Positions 12,101 to 24,100 of a stretch of DNA of 64,000 bases are shown here, piece by piece (position 1 is the stretch's first letter; each line of letters opens with the position of its first letter). Under the pieces are notes generated by a model. That model did no database searches, had not been told where the DNA came from, and was given only the letters and a program-made list of their open reading frames with translations. The position numbers and the translations under genes were made by a program. The DNA is from Podarcis gaigeae (lineage: Eukaryota), in NCBI GenBank assembly GCA_964106915.2, contig OZ066927.1; one strand, written 5' to 3'.

Positions 12101-15100
12101 GCCTTGCGCACCGGGGGGAACTCCCCCCGGGCGCGCAAGGCTTGCGGGCGGCAGCCTGCAGCGCGGAGCACGGGGCACCCTTTGGAGGACGCCTGGGCTT
12201 CGTGCAGGTGTCTGCAGCCTGCCGGCGGGCGGGGCACCCTGAAGCAGAGCGCCCCGCGCGCCGGACAGACATCCGCAGCGTGGGGAGCCCTGCAGGAGTT
12301 CCCTGCAGGGCTCCCCACGCTGCGGATAGCAGCCTGCTGCCCGGCGTGTAAGGCACCCTGAAGCAGAGCGCCCCTCGCACCGGGCAGACATCGGCCAGCC
12401 CCACAAGCTCGGGGGACAGCGGGGAGGCGCAGCGCCGCCACCCCACTGTTCCCCGACCTGGTTTTGGGGGGGAAATTCCTTTATTCGCCCCCCCCAAAAA
12501 AGTAGGTGCGTCCTATGGGACGAAAAATACGGTAAATGTTTTTCATGTGATTGTTCTTAGAAAATGGAAGAGACTACATTTTGTTTTATAAACAGGTAAA
12601 ATACAAATACAAACCAAACATGAATTCATCCGATTGGCTGTGCAGTTAAAATCAAAGCCAAACCTAAAATCCATATAAACTTGGGGCTGCAAGTGTGTTT
12701 ATATTTAGTTGAAGTCAAATATTCAAAATCAAATTATGCTCTGTTTAAAGCATCAATATTTTTCTAACTAAAAATTATCTGGAAAACCCGCATCACTGCT
12801 TCTCAAATAGTAATAAAGTATGATGTTTGTCTAACCCAGTGCATTTAGCCTATCTCAGCTGTTAACATCAGGTTCCAAGCAGCCTTAAAGTGCACAGCTT
12901 GACCAATACAGTGGTGCCCCGCAAGACGAATGCCTCGCTAAACGAAAAACCCGCAAGACGAAAGGGTTTTCCGATTTTTTAGCGGCTTCGCAAGACGAAT
13001 TTCCCTATGGGCTTGCTTCGCAAGACGAAAGCCCATAGGGAAATCTCCGGGGACAGCGGGGAAGCGCAGCGCGCCTTCTCCTCTGTTCCCGGACCTGTCC
13101 TAAGGCTTGCGGTGGGAGGTCCAGGAACAGAGGACAAGGCGCGAAGGGCTTCTGAATGTTGGCGGTGGGGAGGAAAGCCCTCCTCCCACCGCAAGCCTTC
13201 AGGACAGGTCCGGGAACAGAGGGGAAGGTGCGCAGCGCTTCTCCTCTGTTCCCGGACCTGTCTTGAAGACTTGCGGTGGGAGGAAGGTTTTCCTCCCCAC
13301 CGCCAACATTCAGAAGGCTGTTCTGAAGGCTGGCGGTGGGAAGAAAAGCCCTTCTCCCCCGCCAGCCTTCAGAAGAGTTCCCGCCTAGGCTGCGGATAGC
13401 AGTCTGCTGCCCCGCGCGAGCGGCGCTCTTAAGTAGAGCGCACCTCGCGCGGGGCAGCAGGCTGCTATCCGCAGCTTGGAGAGCCCTCTGGACCTCTTCT
13501 GAAGGCGGGCGGGGGGCAAAAGTCTTTGCTCCCCCCCCCCCCGTCTGCCTTCAAAAGCCGTCCGGGAGCATTTTAAAATCGCCCCGGGACAGCGGCTGAA
13601 TTCTCCGCTGTCCCGGGGCGATTTAAAAGCCCCCGGGAAGGCAGGCAGGGGGGACAAAGACTTTTGCCCCCCGCCGGCCTTCAGAAGAGGACCTCCGCTG
13701 TCCCGGGGGCTTTTAAAATGCTGGGGGACGGCAGCGAAGCCTTTGCTGCCGCCTGCCAGCATTTTAAGATCGCCCCGGGACAGCGGAGAAGTCTCCGCTG
13801 TCCCGGGAAGGCAGGCGGGGGGAAGCAAAGACTTCCCCCCTCCCCCGCCGGCCTTCAGAAGAGGTCGGGGGACAGACTGTCCCCGGACCTGGTCTGAAGG
13901 CGGTTTCCATAGGAACGCATTGATTGATTTTCAATGCATTCCTATGGGAAACCGTGCTTCGCAAGACGAAAAACTCGCAAGACGAAAAGACTTGCGGAAC
14001 GAATTAATTTCGTCTTGCGAGGCACCACTGTAACTGCTGGTAGAATTTGAAAAATATGAGGGGCCTGATCATCTAGGCCAGTGTTTCTCAAACTTGGGTT
14101 ACCAGCTGTTGTTGGACTACAACTCCCTAGCTGGCAGGACTAGTGGTCAGGGATGATGAGACTTCTAGTCCCAACAACAGTTAAAACCCAAGTTTGAGGA
14201 AAAACTGGTCTAGGTTAAGAATTACGGCATTTCCCCATTCTTTAGGACTTGCTGCTTAATTTGATTCTGCCTCCTAATTACTGGAAACCCTTTCCCCCCA
14301 CCCAACCATGCCTATTAGTCTTTCTCCTGTGTGGACTAGCTATTTTCACCTTGACCTACCATGGTGTTTGTAACTTGTCTTACGATGGCCAAGTGTGTAA
14401 ACTGTCACCAAAGCTCTGCAAACTGTAGCTTAGAAATATGATTGTGTGAGAGAGAGCTTAAGCTTTGGGTTGGCATTGGATCCCCGGGTGTTTCATATTG
14501 CAAAAAACCTAAATTATTTATTTTATTTTATTATTTAGTATTTTTTTTACTGTATGGACAGGATCCAGAGTTCCTGTGAGTCAAGTCAAGGGACTGGATG
14601 CTCGTGCTGTAGGAAGGGAGGAAAGCGATTTCTGCCATTTACTTCTTCCCCGCCCTGGGTCCCCTGAAAAGCTGCTCCAGAAGGAACGTTGGCAACTGTA
14701 TCAGAGGAACTGCAGGAGGGGGGAATCAGCTAATATATTTCTGCTTCCCCCCCCCCCTTTGGGGGGAGCCTCCATAGGCACTCATCCTCTTCTGCAAACA
14801 CAAGGCACATTCTAGTCCCAAGCCTATATCTTTTAGCATATAATGATCTGTGCAGTCTATTATCTCTTGCAGTCTAAGCCCAAGTTACACTATTGCTTTT
14901 TCTTTCTTTTTTTGTAAACAAGCCTGTGGAGTCATGGAAACAGACTATTTTGATTGAGCTTAGCAGTATGGCTTACCTGTGCTGGTTTAATCTAAACTGA
15001 GATAAACAGGCCGTAAGTCAAGGACTATGCATCTTGTGTGTTAAGCTATATGAATTTAAAACCAGCTTTATGATAAGTTGTTTTACATGGATTTTGTAGA

Positions 15101-18100
15101 CAGCAAAGAAAGGCAATATAAATATAAGGAATAGCCTCAATACTGTGAATAACATTTATTGGAAACAGCATTTATGTATATTATCTAGTAGACTACAAAA
15201 TAAGGACCATTATTGCAGTGTTTTGTGGTTACCTCAGGGAATTACTTAATCTCTGCATTATTATTTTTCTAGACAACCCTCCATTCCTTGGGTTAAAAAT
15301 TCTTCCCAAAATTTGGTTTGTGTAAGAGTTTGAGGCAAAACCCTTCATATTCTTTGCCCAATTTGGGCCCTAGAAGGTTTGGAACCACTAAAAAAGATCC
15401 ACAAGATATTAACATGATTTGTGGAAGCATCATGGAAAAGAAGCTGAATAGACATTGCAAAGTGTGTATAACCTGTTTTTCAGATTGTACTCAAGTAAAA
15501 ACATAGCACCTGGACCTCTGAGACTTGGTCTTTCAATCAATTGTACATTATACAACATTTTTTCCACTTGGGCTATTATTAGAAATGGTATAACAATCAG
15601 ACAGTGAACTATTTGGCATATAATAGCTAGGGCAAAACATATCCTGCGCCCCTTTATTTCTGACAAGTTCCAGCTTTTGAGGTACCTTACTGCTGTTTGC
15701 ACTCCATTTCCCTTCCATGTAAAGTAGTTGCATGAACAATTCAGAATAAGGTACTTAAAAGTGACTGCAGCACATTCTTTCATGAGAAAATCATTAGGTT
15801 TCCATATTTAGCAGCATTAAAGAGAACCTCTACATGAAGCTAATGAAAATGCACATTCTTTGACCAGCCTGAAACAAATTTAGGATTATAGGGCTATTCT
15901 CTTAAATGCGTCCTAGTAAAAAAAGTCAGGAAATGTTGCAGATAACCTTTTCCCCCAAGGCGGGTAAGGTGGGGAATCAGACAGGTATACAGTGGTACCT
16001 CGGGTTAAGAACTTAATTCATTCTGAAGGTCCATTCTTAACCTGAAACTTTTCTTAATCTGAAGCACCACTTTAGCTAATGGGGCCTCCCACTGCTGCTG
16101 CGCGATTTCTGTTCTCATTCTGAAGCAAAGTGCTTAACCCGAGGTACTATTTCTGGGTTAGTGTAGTCTGTAACCTGAAGTGTCTGTAACCTGAGGTACC
16201 ACTGTATTGCCTGAAATAAAATGCAGAGGTTTGGGGTTGTAGTCAACAAAGTTTTAGTCAGAGTAGATCCTTTTAAATTAATTAATGTCATTAAGTTGTG
16301 CCTATTAGTTTCAGTGAGTCTACTCTGAGTAAAATTTAGTTGAACGCTACCCTTTAAAAACCTGTTTTCTAAGTACTTTTCCCAGTTGACCTCCAGGCAG
16401 GAGTCACCAGTGTGTTGCACTTAAGATGTCATTGAACTCCAAATTCCATCAGCCCCAACCACCACAGCCAAAGGTCAGAAATGTTGGGAATTAGGGTCCA
16501 TTGTCCAATAACATCCAGAAGGCACAACATTGGCTTCTTATATGTTAGCTCATATTTTATTGTTTGTAGAATCTTAACTTTAAACCATTTCTGTTCTGTG
16601 ACAATGGAAGATGTATAAAACCATTCACCCTACCTAAGCTAAGGGTCTAGTGATACTGTGAGCATATGTAATCTGTTTCCCCCCTTCAGTTTCTGTGGGG
16701 AAGTGATTTAATGGTTTTAGTGATGAAAGAAAATTGATGGGGCATAACATGAACACCTGTATCTCTAAGGAGTACAACATGGGGTGTGTGGAGAATTTTG
16801 TAAGCTCTAAACTTGAAACTCACATGCCTGTCTTTTGTCATGAATACATGTCTAGATGAGACCATGTGCTCCAGGGAGCTCAGTTTTCATATATAATCAT
16901 GTAGATATTTATTCCATGTATGGCAGCTCTCTTTGTGAGGAAACAGGCAAATGTGAACAGTCCTTGGATCTGGGCTCTTCAGATAGTGTGGGATCCAAGA
17001 GATACTATTTTAATTTGAAAAGTGGTGCATTTAAGGAATTGCTGGCTTTGATCTGGGATTCGATGGATAATACAGTTATGAGATTCAACCTGGTGTGGTC
17101 CTGAGGCAATCTGTACTCAATGCAAGCTAAACATGCATGCAACCAATTTATGCAGGATAAATGAAAAGGGGGTAGTTGAAATTTAATAAAACCAAGCATG
17201 TTTCTGGTTGCTTTATTTTTCTGGTTGCTTTATTTGTCCTACTGACATCTGCTCTTGGGAGGCTTGTCACAAGGATTGTAAATAGCCACTGACCTGAATG
17301 CCTGTGGCAAAAAAGAATTCCCTTCAGGTGAAGAAGCTGAGAAATTTGATGATTAAAAAAAGACTGATTTTGCAGGCAGTCCAGCAAATGTGTCTGGATA
17401 TGTTTGTAAGTCAACTTGCTATGCTTGGGAACATGCACAAAAGAAGATACTAATGAGATTTTGCCTCAGTTCCAGGGAAGGGGACATTCTTTAGCATCCA
17501 TGGAAGAATATTGTCCTGGATTCATACTTCCCCCCTAAATTGCTCTCAGTTTTCTTTTCTAGTAGTACTGTGTAGGTGAAGAATGTTGAAGTGTTGCTGC
17601 TGTTTTTCATAGCCATTGGCTGACTTCTGGTTTTTCTATAGGGGGAAGCTGGGCCGATATCCTCCTTGGCCAGGAAAGGTGAGTTCTAGTGTGCACTTCT
17701 CTTGCTTTTTGGTGTTCTCTTTATTGGAGTAACATATTTTTATTAATGTCAAATGCAATGTGTAGATCTACATTTCCTTCAATATTGCAATTGACCCACA
17801 GCATGTTACATAAACCAAAGTGAATGTAGACCAGTTTTGGTGGGTTTTGAAATCAATTGTAACCTGGATGTAGCTACTTAACCCTTTTTCCGTCTTTCTG
17901 AAAAACTGCTTTCCCTTTCTTCATAAATAAGCCCTGACACCACCCTCAAATAAAATGTGCAATCTGATCTTATGAATGAAAGAAGTCCCATTTGTGTTCA
18001 GTGGGACTTTCACTCAAATGACAACGAATAACAGCCAAAGGAAAAATTTTGAAGGCTAAGGATTTATTTGTAAATGTATTTTTGTTTTGCAAAAGCTCCA

Positions 18101-21100
18101 GATTTAGGCCTAAATATACACCAGAAGTTCCATGATGTTATGCTAAGAGATGCCATGCTGGTGGAATCACACATAGTTGGCCTGGCCTGCAGTTGCTGGG
18201 GGCAGGCCCTTGGGGGCCATGTAGAGATTAATCGGTTCAGCCAGGCCGGTGAAAATGAGTTGCCTCAATGGCATGGTGTGTCCATGTCATTCGTGCCTTA
18301 CAAAGCTACTCAGTCTTGTTCTCTTGTGCTGTTACTCTAGATCTGCAGGAAAAGCATGCTCATGTACCATAATTCATTGCTTGGGCTTGATTCTCTTACA
18401 TAAATGCTGTCAGCCTGTTTTTCATTCTCTGGCCTCTCACAGTTCTGCTGTCTATAAAAGAATGGAACATCTTAGCAAAATTTTAGTAGGAGGAGCTCAG
18501 TGTGTGCGTTCCAATATCAATTCAGTATCTGTGTCTGCTAGAATCAAAGGCACACTTACTGAAATTACTTTATTTAATTATTTGATATATCACCGATTAG
18601 TACAGTGTTTGTTTACTTCCATTCACTTAGATAAATGATTGACGAGTGTGACAAATGTCTGGATTTATCTCCTGAAAAGCTGGTGCCTTTGTAGCATTTA
18701 CCTTGCAATCAGTTTGTTACTGTAGGGATAATTACAGTCTGTCCTGATGCTGTGTTGTGTATGGTGTACTTAACTATGCAAAGCCTGTTGCAGAATTACC
18801 ATATAAACTTAGTCTATATCAGCGTAACTGGCGTGATTGCGAGGCATCATGCTTTGAACAGCATAATACACAGATAGCCTCATTTGCTCGTTGATTGACA
18901 TGAGTGGTGCAAGTTGTTAGGGTACATCCTAGTGACCCAGAGTCCTAAAATGTGTTACACAAGTAGTTTGACATAATTGATTTCCAGAAAAATCTCAGAA
19001 TGAGATATTTTTACATATATCTGTAAAAACATGTTACATGCATTTTTGTAATAAGCTTAGCCCAAAGTTTTAAGAGTAGCACTGCACTCAGGAATATGGG
19101 CCTTCTTTTTCTGGCATGAATATACCTTTAGTTACAAGGTATTTCCCCCCCCCCCCCACCAATAATCTTGTTTCACAACAGTCTTTACCAATACATGCAA
19201 AGATTTTGGAGCGGGTTGTGGAGAATGTTTGAAAAGTTCTGTTTTTATTACCTCTAATTGTGGTTTCCTGTGTTTCTCTCTCAGATTGTTAACCCGCCTA
19301 AGGACCTGAAGAAGCCTCGTGGGAAGAAGTGCTTCTTTGTGAAGTTTTTTGGGACTGAAGATCAGTATGTACCCACTTCTTTTCTGCCAGGGGGATCTAT
19401 TTTTAAACTTTAGAGCCTTTGTAGAAAAGCTGGCACAGTAAAAATAGTCTTAATTTATCAGCTAGCAGCAGAAACCTCTAGAGCCTATGTGCTGGTCAAG
19501 GCTGAAGAAGTTGATGTACCAGCTTACCTAGGCATCAGAAATGTCCATAGCTTTTTTAAGACAGTTTAACACACATCCACATTCCCTGCATTAGGAAGAA
19601 TCTGACAGCATGTAGTTGGCATTGAGATTTATATCAAGGCTAGGGAACCTGTGGCCCTCCAGATGTTGGACTTCAGCTCCCATCAGCCCAGCTAGCATGG
19701 CCAGTGGTCAGGGATGATGGGCATTCTAGTCAAGCAATACCTGGAGGGCTGCAGGTTTGCTGTTTGGTTTGTTAATTTGAAAGTCAGACTCACATATTGA
19801 ATATTGTTACAGTTGATATTAGTGATATCCAGTGAAATAGGAAGAAACTGGTTGGTGTAAAAAAACTGAAAAGCAGTCTAGTTCATTCTCTCCCCGCCCC
19901 CATCAAAGGCAGGCATTTTTGACCATCTTCATTTGCAAAATTCAAACTTCTGGGTTCCATAAACAAGTGGAGCAGGAAGTAATGAGGTACCTCTGCGGCA
20001 TGTACAGAGAACCAAGGGAAGAGGTCAGGCATTTGCCTCATGGTGGATTTTGCAAACACTTTGGTCTGCACAGCCCATTGGGAACTGCGTGAACAATCCC
20101 AGGAGAACCTTCTATATTGTATCATAATCATCCATCCCTCTGTTTCTGCTTCAAGTCTTCCCGTGCTTGAGGAGCTGGAGCCCAAACTGCATCAACCACG
20201 TACAAGAGAGAGGTATTAGCAGATTCAAGATACAATAGAGGTTTGCGGGTGCTGAGTAATCTTCAGTGGAAAAAAACAACAAAGGGGTTTGGGAAATCCC
20301 CCATACATCCCCATAAGAATTCAGTGATACAAAATGTTGAAAGAGGAAAAATAAAAACCTGATAACCATGTGGAAGGAACAGATAGGTAGCCGTGTTGGT
20401 CTGCCATAGTCAAAACAAAAAAAATTATGTGGAAGGAAAAATTTAATGTGGAAGGAAAAATTTAATGAGTGAACAAAAAGTACTCCGTGTTGCTACATTT
20501 TGTTGTAGGTTGCACTTATACAAAGTATTTCTACTGAGATATATTCTCATTCTGTAAGCACCCACACATGATAATTTCATTTAAAAACTGGGCCATTGTG
20601 TCAGTATTCAACACATTATGCTTTAGACAACAGCATAAATTCCTCCTTTATACTTGCTTTTTCTTTTTCTGAAGCTTAAATATTTGGACTAACAGTGCCA
20701 CACAAGAGAGTGCTTATTTTCTAGTCAGGTATATGTCCTCTAATAATTGGGGCATACCTGTCAGTGCTTCAAGGCTGTTGCTATTCCTCACCCTTAGGTA
20801 GTTCCATTTTTTGTAAATTCTTTAAACCTTACATTTTTATATTGTTGTAACCTGCTATGGGAGCTTACGGTGAAGAGCAGGTAGGAAATAATACAACATC
20901 ATGAGATGGGAACAAAAAAGGAGAAGGGAGAAACTGCAGTATGCTTTTATTTGCTGTGGAAACTTTTGAAAAGTGGGTTGAATGGTCTGGAATTCTGTTT
21001 AGCATAGATTAATGAACAAATTGCAAATGAAAACGTTGATGTACCAAACCAAATAGCAGTATGGCATGTAGTTTATAATATAATTCGGTGAAGGAGGTTG

Positions 21101-24100
21101 GCTAAAGAGCAAGCCCGGAGGAATGTATTAATCATGTCCTGTTGAATGATTTCTGTCTGCTGAGCAGTGGATATTTCATTCAAGTACAGGCTACATCTTA
21201 TGTATAAGGGAAAGGGAAGATATAAGCAGGGCTCTGTGTGCTGCAATTTGAGGGGGGCATAGAAGATTGTATTGCAAAAAAATAGTTTCCTGAGGCAAGC
21301 ACAGTAAGTTTCTAGCCCTTACTGCGTTTATCGAAACAGGAGAGTTGATGCAAAGTACATTTATACTTTAAACTGTCCTGTCATCTTTGGCTGAAGGGCA
21401 GTATACAAAATTATTAAATAAAAAATAAACATTTCTATGATGCAGAATTTATTCTTATCACATAACTGGGATAAGAGTGGGATTTAAAAAATCATTTAGT
21501 AAACCTTTGTGACCTGTGTCTAATCCTCAGGTGAGCCTTTGAGTCACAGTCATTCACTTTAAGTGGGAATTTAGTTACCATCTGACAAAGTGTGATAATG
21601 CTCTGTTAATCCTGGTTATCTCCTCCAGTTTCTGTAATGGAAACAAAGCAGTACCTCCAGTAATGAAGCAGCATTCAGGCAAGTGCCCTCCACCCATACT
21701 TTTGAGGAAAAACAACATAAACCTGAAGTAGTCAAGGAAAAAACCCAACGTACCTTCTGACAAACTAATTTACAGCCCATTTGTATAATATTTGTAACAA
21801 TAACTAATAATAATAATAAATTTGTTAATTATACCCTGCCCATTTGGCTGGGCCTCCCTAGCCACTCTGGGGGGCTCCCAACAGAATATTAAAAACACGA
21901 TAAAACATCAAACATTAAAAACCTCCTTAAACAAAAACTATATGATGTTTTTCACCACTCAAAGTACTTTACATGTGTTTTCTTATTGTAGTCTTTAACA
22001 GACACCCTGTAAGGTAGATCAGTATTATCCCCAAAGTGCAAATAGTGGGGGGAGACTGAGATCATTAGGCTGAATTCATGATAGAGGTAAAGTTTGAACC
22101 AGGGTCATCCTTACGTAGTTTAGCCTCTTATCTACTGTTCCACACCAGCTTTCTATGTATGATTAGGAACATCATATTATAGAGCCATTTGGGAATACGA
22201 CTTAAAACTGTAGGTCTTGCCAGATGCAGAAATTTTGTGCATCTAGGAGAGAGTTTCTGGCATATTGTTTTGGTATGCCTATGTGTGCTATGTGCATTTC
22301 ATAAGACTTCATAATAGAAGACTTCCCAAGTGACTCTTTTGTGCTGTATTTGGTTGAAACAACCTCCCTCTCCTGCCAGAAACAGGAAGAAGTCAGTATG
22401 CATGTTTTTATAGTGTATATCTCCCTAAAACACCTGATTGTAGGCTTCTGGGAAGAAACTGAATAGTCACGGTTGACCATTTAAAAAAATAATAATAATG
22501 CATAAATATTTGACTGAAACATTTCTTTTTAACCAAGTAATAGTTATGGCTTGTGGGCCCAGTTATGTCCACCAAGCCTCTCCTTTTGGCTTGAGAGACC
22601 ATTTTAGCCATGCCACAGACACCTGCCCTGAATGTGATGCCATATACAATGTCAGTGTGAGGCAGGTAAATTCATATATTGCTGCTGAAACTCTGTTTAC
22701 GTGTGCAATTTGATTGCAAACTGTTGCCTCACAATTCAACTTTCTATTTATTTTTATTTATTTTTAAAGGCAAGTTTCTAGTAGAAATATTCTTGAATTT
22801 GTGTGTCTGTGAATCTTGAGAAATCCTAACTCTTGAGGGTTTGCTGAATAAGACATTCAGAGTTAGATATACGGCTTTAGTGCTATGCTTGCCTTCGTAT
22901 TCTTTCCCATAGTTCCCTTTTTCAGAATAAGGAGACAGGTGCTATTCATACAGCTTTCCTTGATGCAGAATTGAGTTACCTCTACGCCTGGGCAACGGTG
23001 GGTAGGTGGGCTGCACACTGCTGGTCCATGCTCCCGCGCTGCTTCCGGTGGGGGGGGGGGAGCTGCACCGCTTTGCCGGCAGCCTCCCCCCCTTCCCACT
23101 TCCATAGGAGGCTTGGGAGCGGTGGGCAGGTGGTGCGGCGCTGCCCCACACTCCCAACTGCTTCCTGGTATAAGCTCCTGGTATAAGCACTGGGAATACC
23201 CAACGCTGAACATGACTATAACCTACTTTAATAAGTGAACGGGCATTTTTGGTTTTAAAATAAAAGGAAAAAGCTCTCATTCTGGTGACTTATGGCTGCT
23301 GTTTGTAGAAGGAATAGTGCCAGAATGGTCATATACATGGCCTAGTTCATAATATCTTCCCCAATTATGGAACAAAAGGGCATAACTGTGATGCCAAAAC
23401 AAGGAAAGGAGTTAATCCGTACACATTCTCAGTGCCCAGCCTCCTCACTAAGGCTGCTTTGTGCCTAGCTGCTTACCCATAAGTAAGCTCAATTTAATTC
23501 ATTAGGACTTATTTCTGAGTAGGTCTGGCTAGCATTGCACTATATATTATTAATAATAATAATATGTTTTGTCTGCAAGCTTAACTATTTGTGTGTGTGG
23601 ATATGTTAAGTCAGGATAAACTGCTTTAAAACACTAAAGTCTGAAATCAATAGTAGCATAATTCTACTAGGACCAATTCAAGTCATAGAAGAAATGAATT
23701 GAAGCTTTTTTGAGTTCATAACTTTTATCAGGCCGGGTGAGTAGGGATTGTGAGGAAGACAGATGTAATAGTTACTTGGCATAATGGAGAGCCCAGTTTG
23801 TGGTAATAGTTGAAGATTGAATGGAGGATAGATTGCACAGGTTGCTCACTGGGGCAAGAAAGGCTGTGCATATAACCATTCTGGCCTGACAGCGCTGATT
23901 ATGAGTTAATTTCAGGGCACAATTCAAAGTGCTGGTTTTGACCTATAAAGTCTTAGGTTGCCCCCCCCCAACTGACCCAGACCCTGCAATCATCATCTGA
24001 GGCCCTTCTTTTTGGGCCCCTCCACAGGCGTTCTGGAAGATGTCAATATGGGAAAAGGGTGTTTTCATTGGGTTAGCTCTCTGCTAGTGGAATGCTTGCT

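Noticed and set aside
11929-12215. CRISPR-like palindromic repeat array
   Set aside because: The intervening segments are themselves repeated rather than unique spacers, there are no cas genes, and the array is inside a TIR/TA-bounded element in a vertebrate intron
11716-14033. Many overlapping 130-250 aa ORFs on both strands
   Set aside because: By-product of GC-rich repetitive MITE interiors with few stop codons; no transposase DDE or HTH motif
18740-18960. Possible intronic snoRNA in GLYR1 intron 2
   Set aside because: No convincing C/D box pair with terminal stem and no H/ACA two-hairpin layout
19502-19552. Possible hammerhead ribozyme (CTGAAGA...tgatg/catca...GAAA) downstream of GLYR1 exon 3
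   Set aside because: Stem II is offset from the core and I could not build stems I and III with an NUH cleavage site
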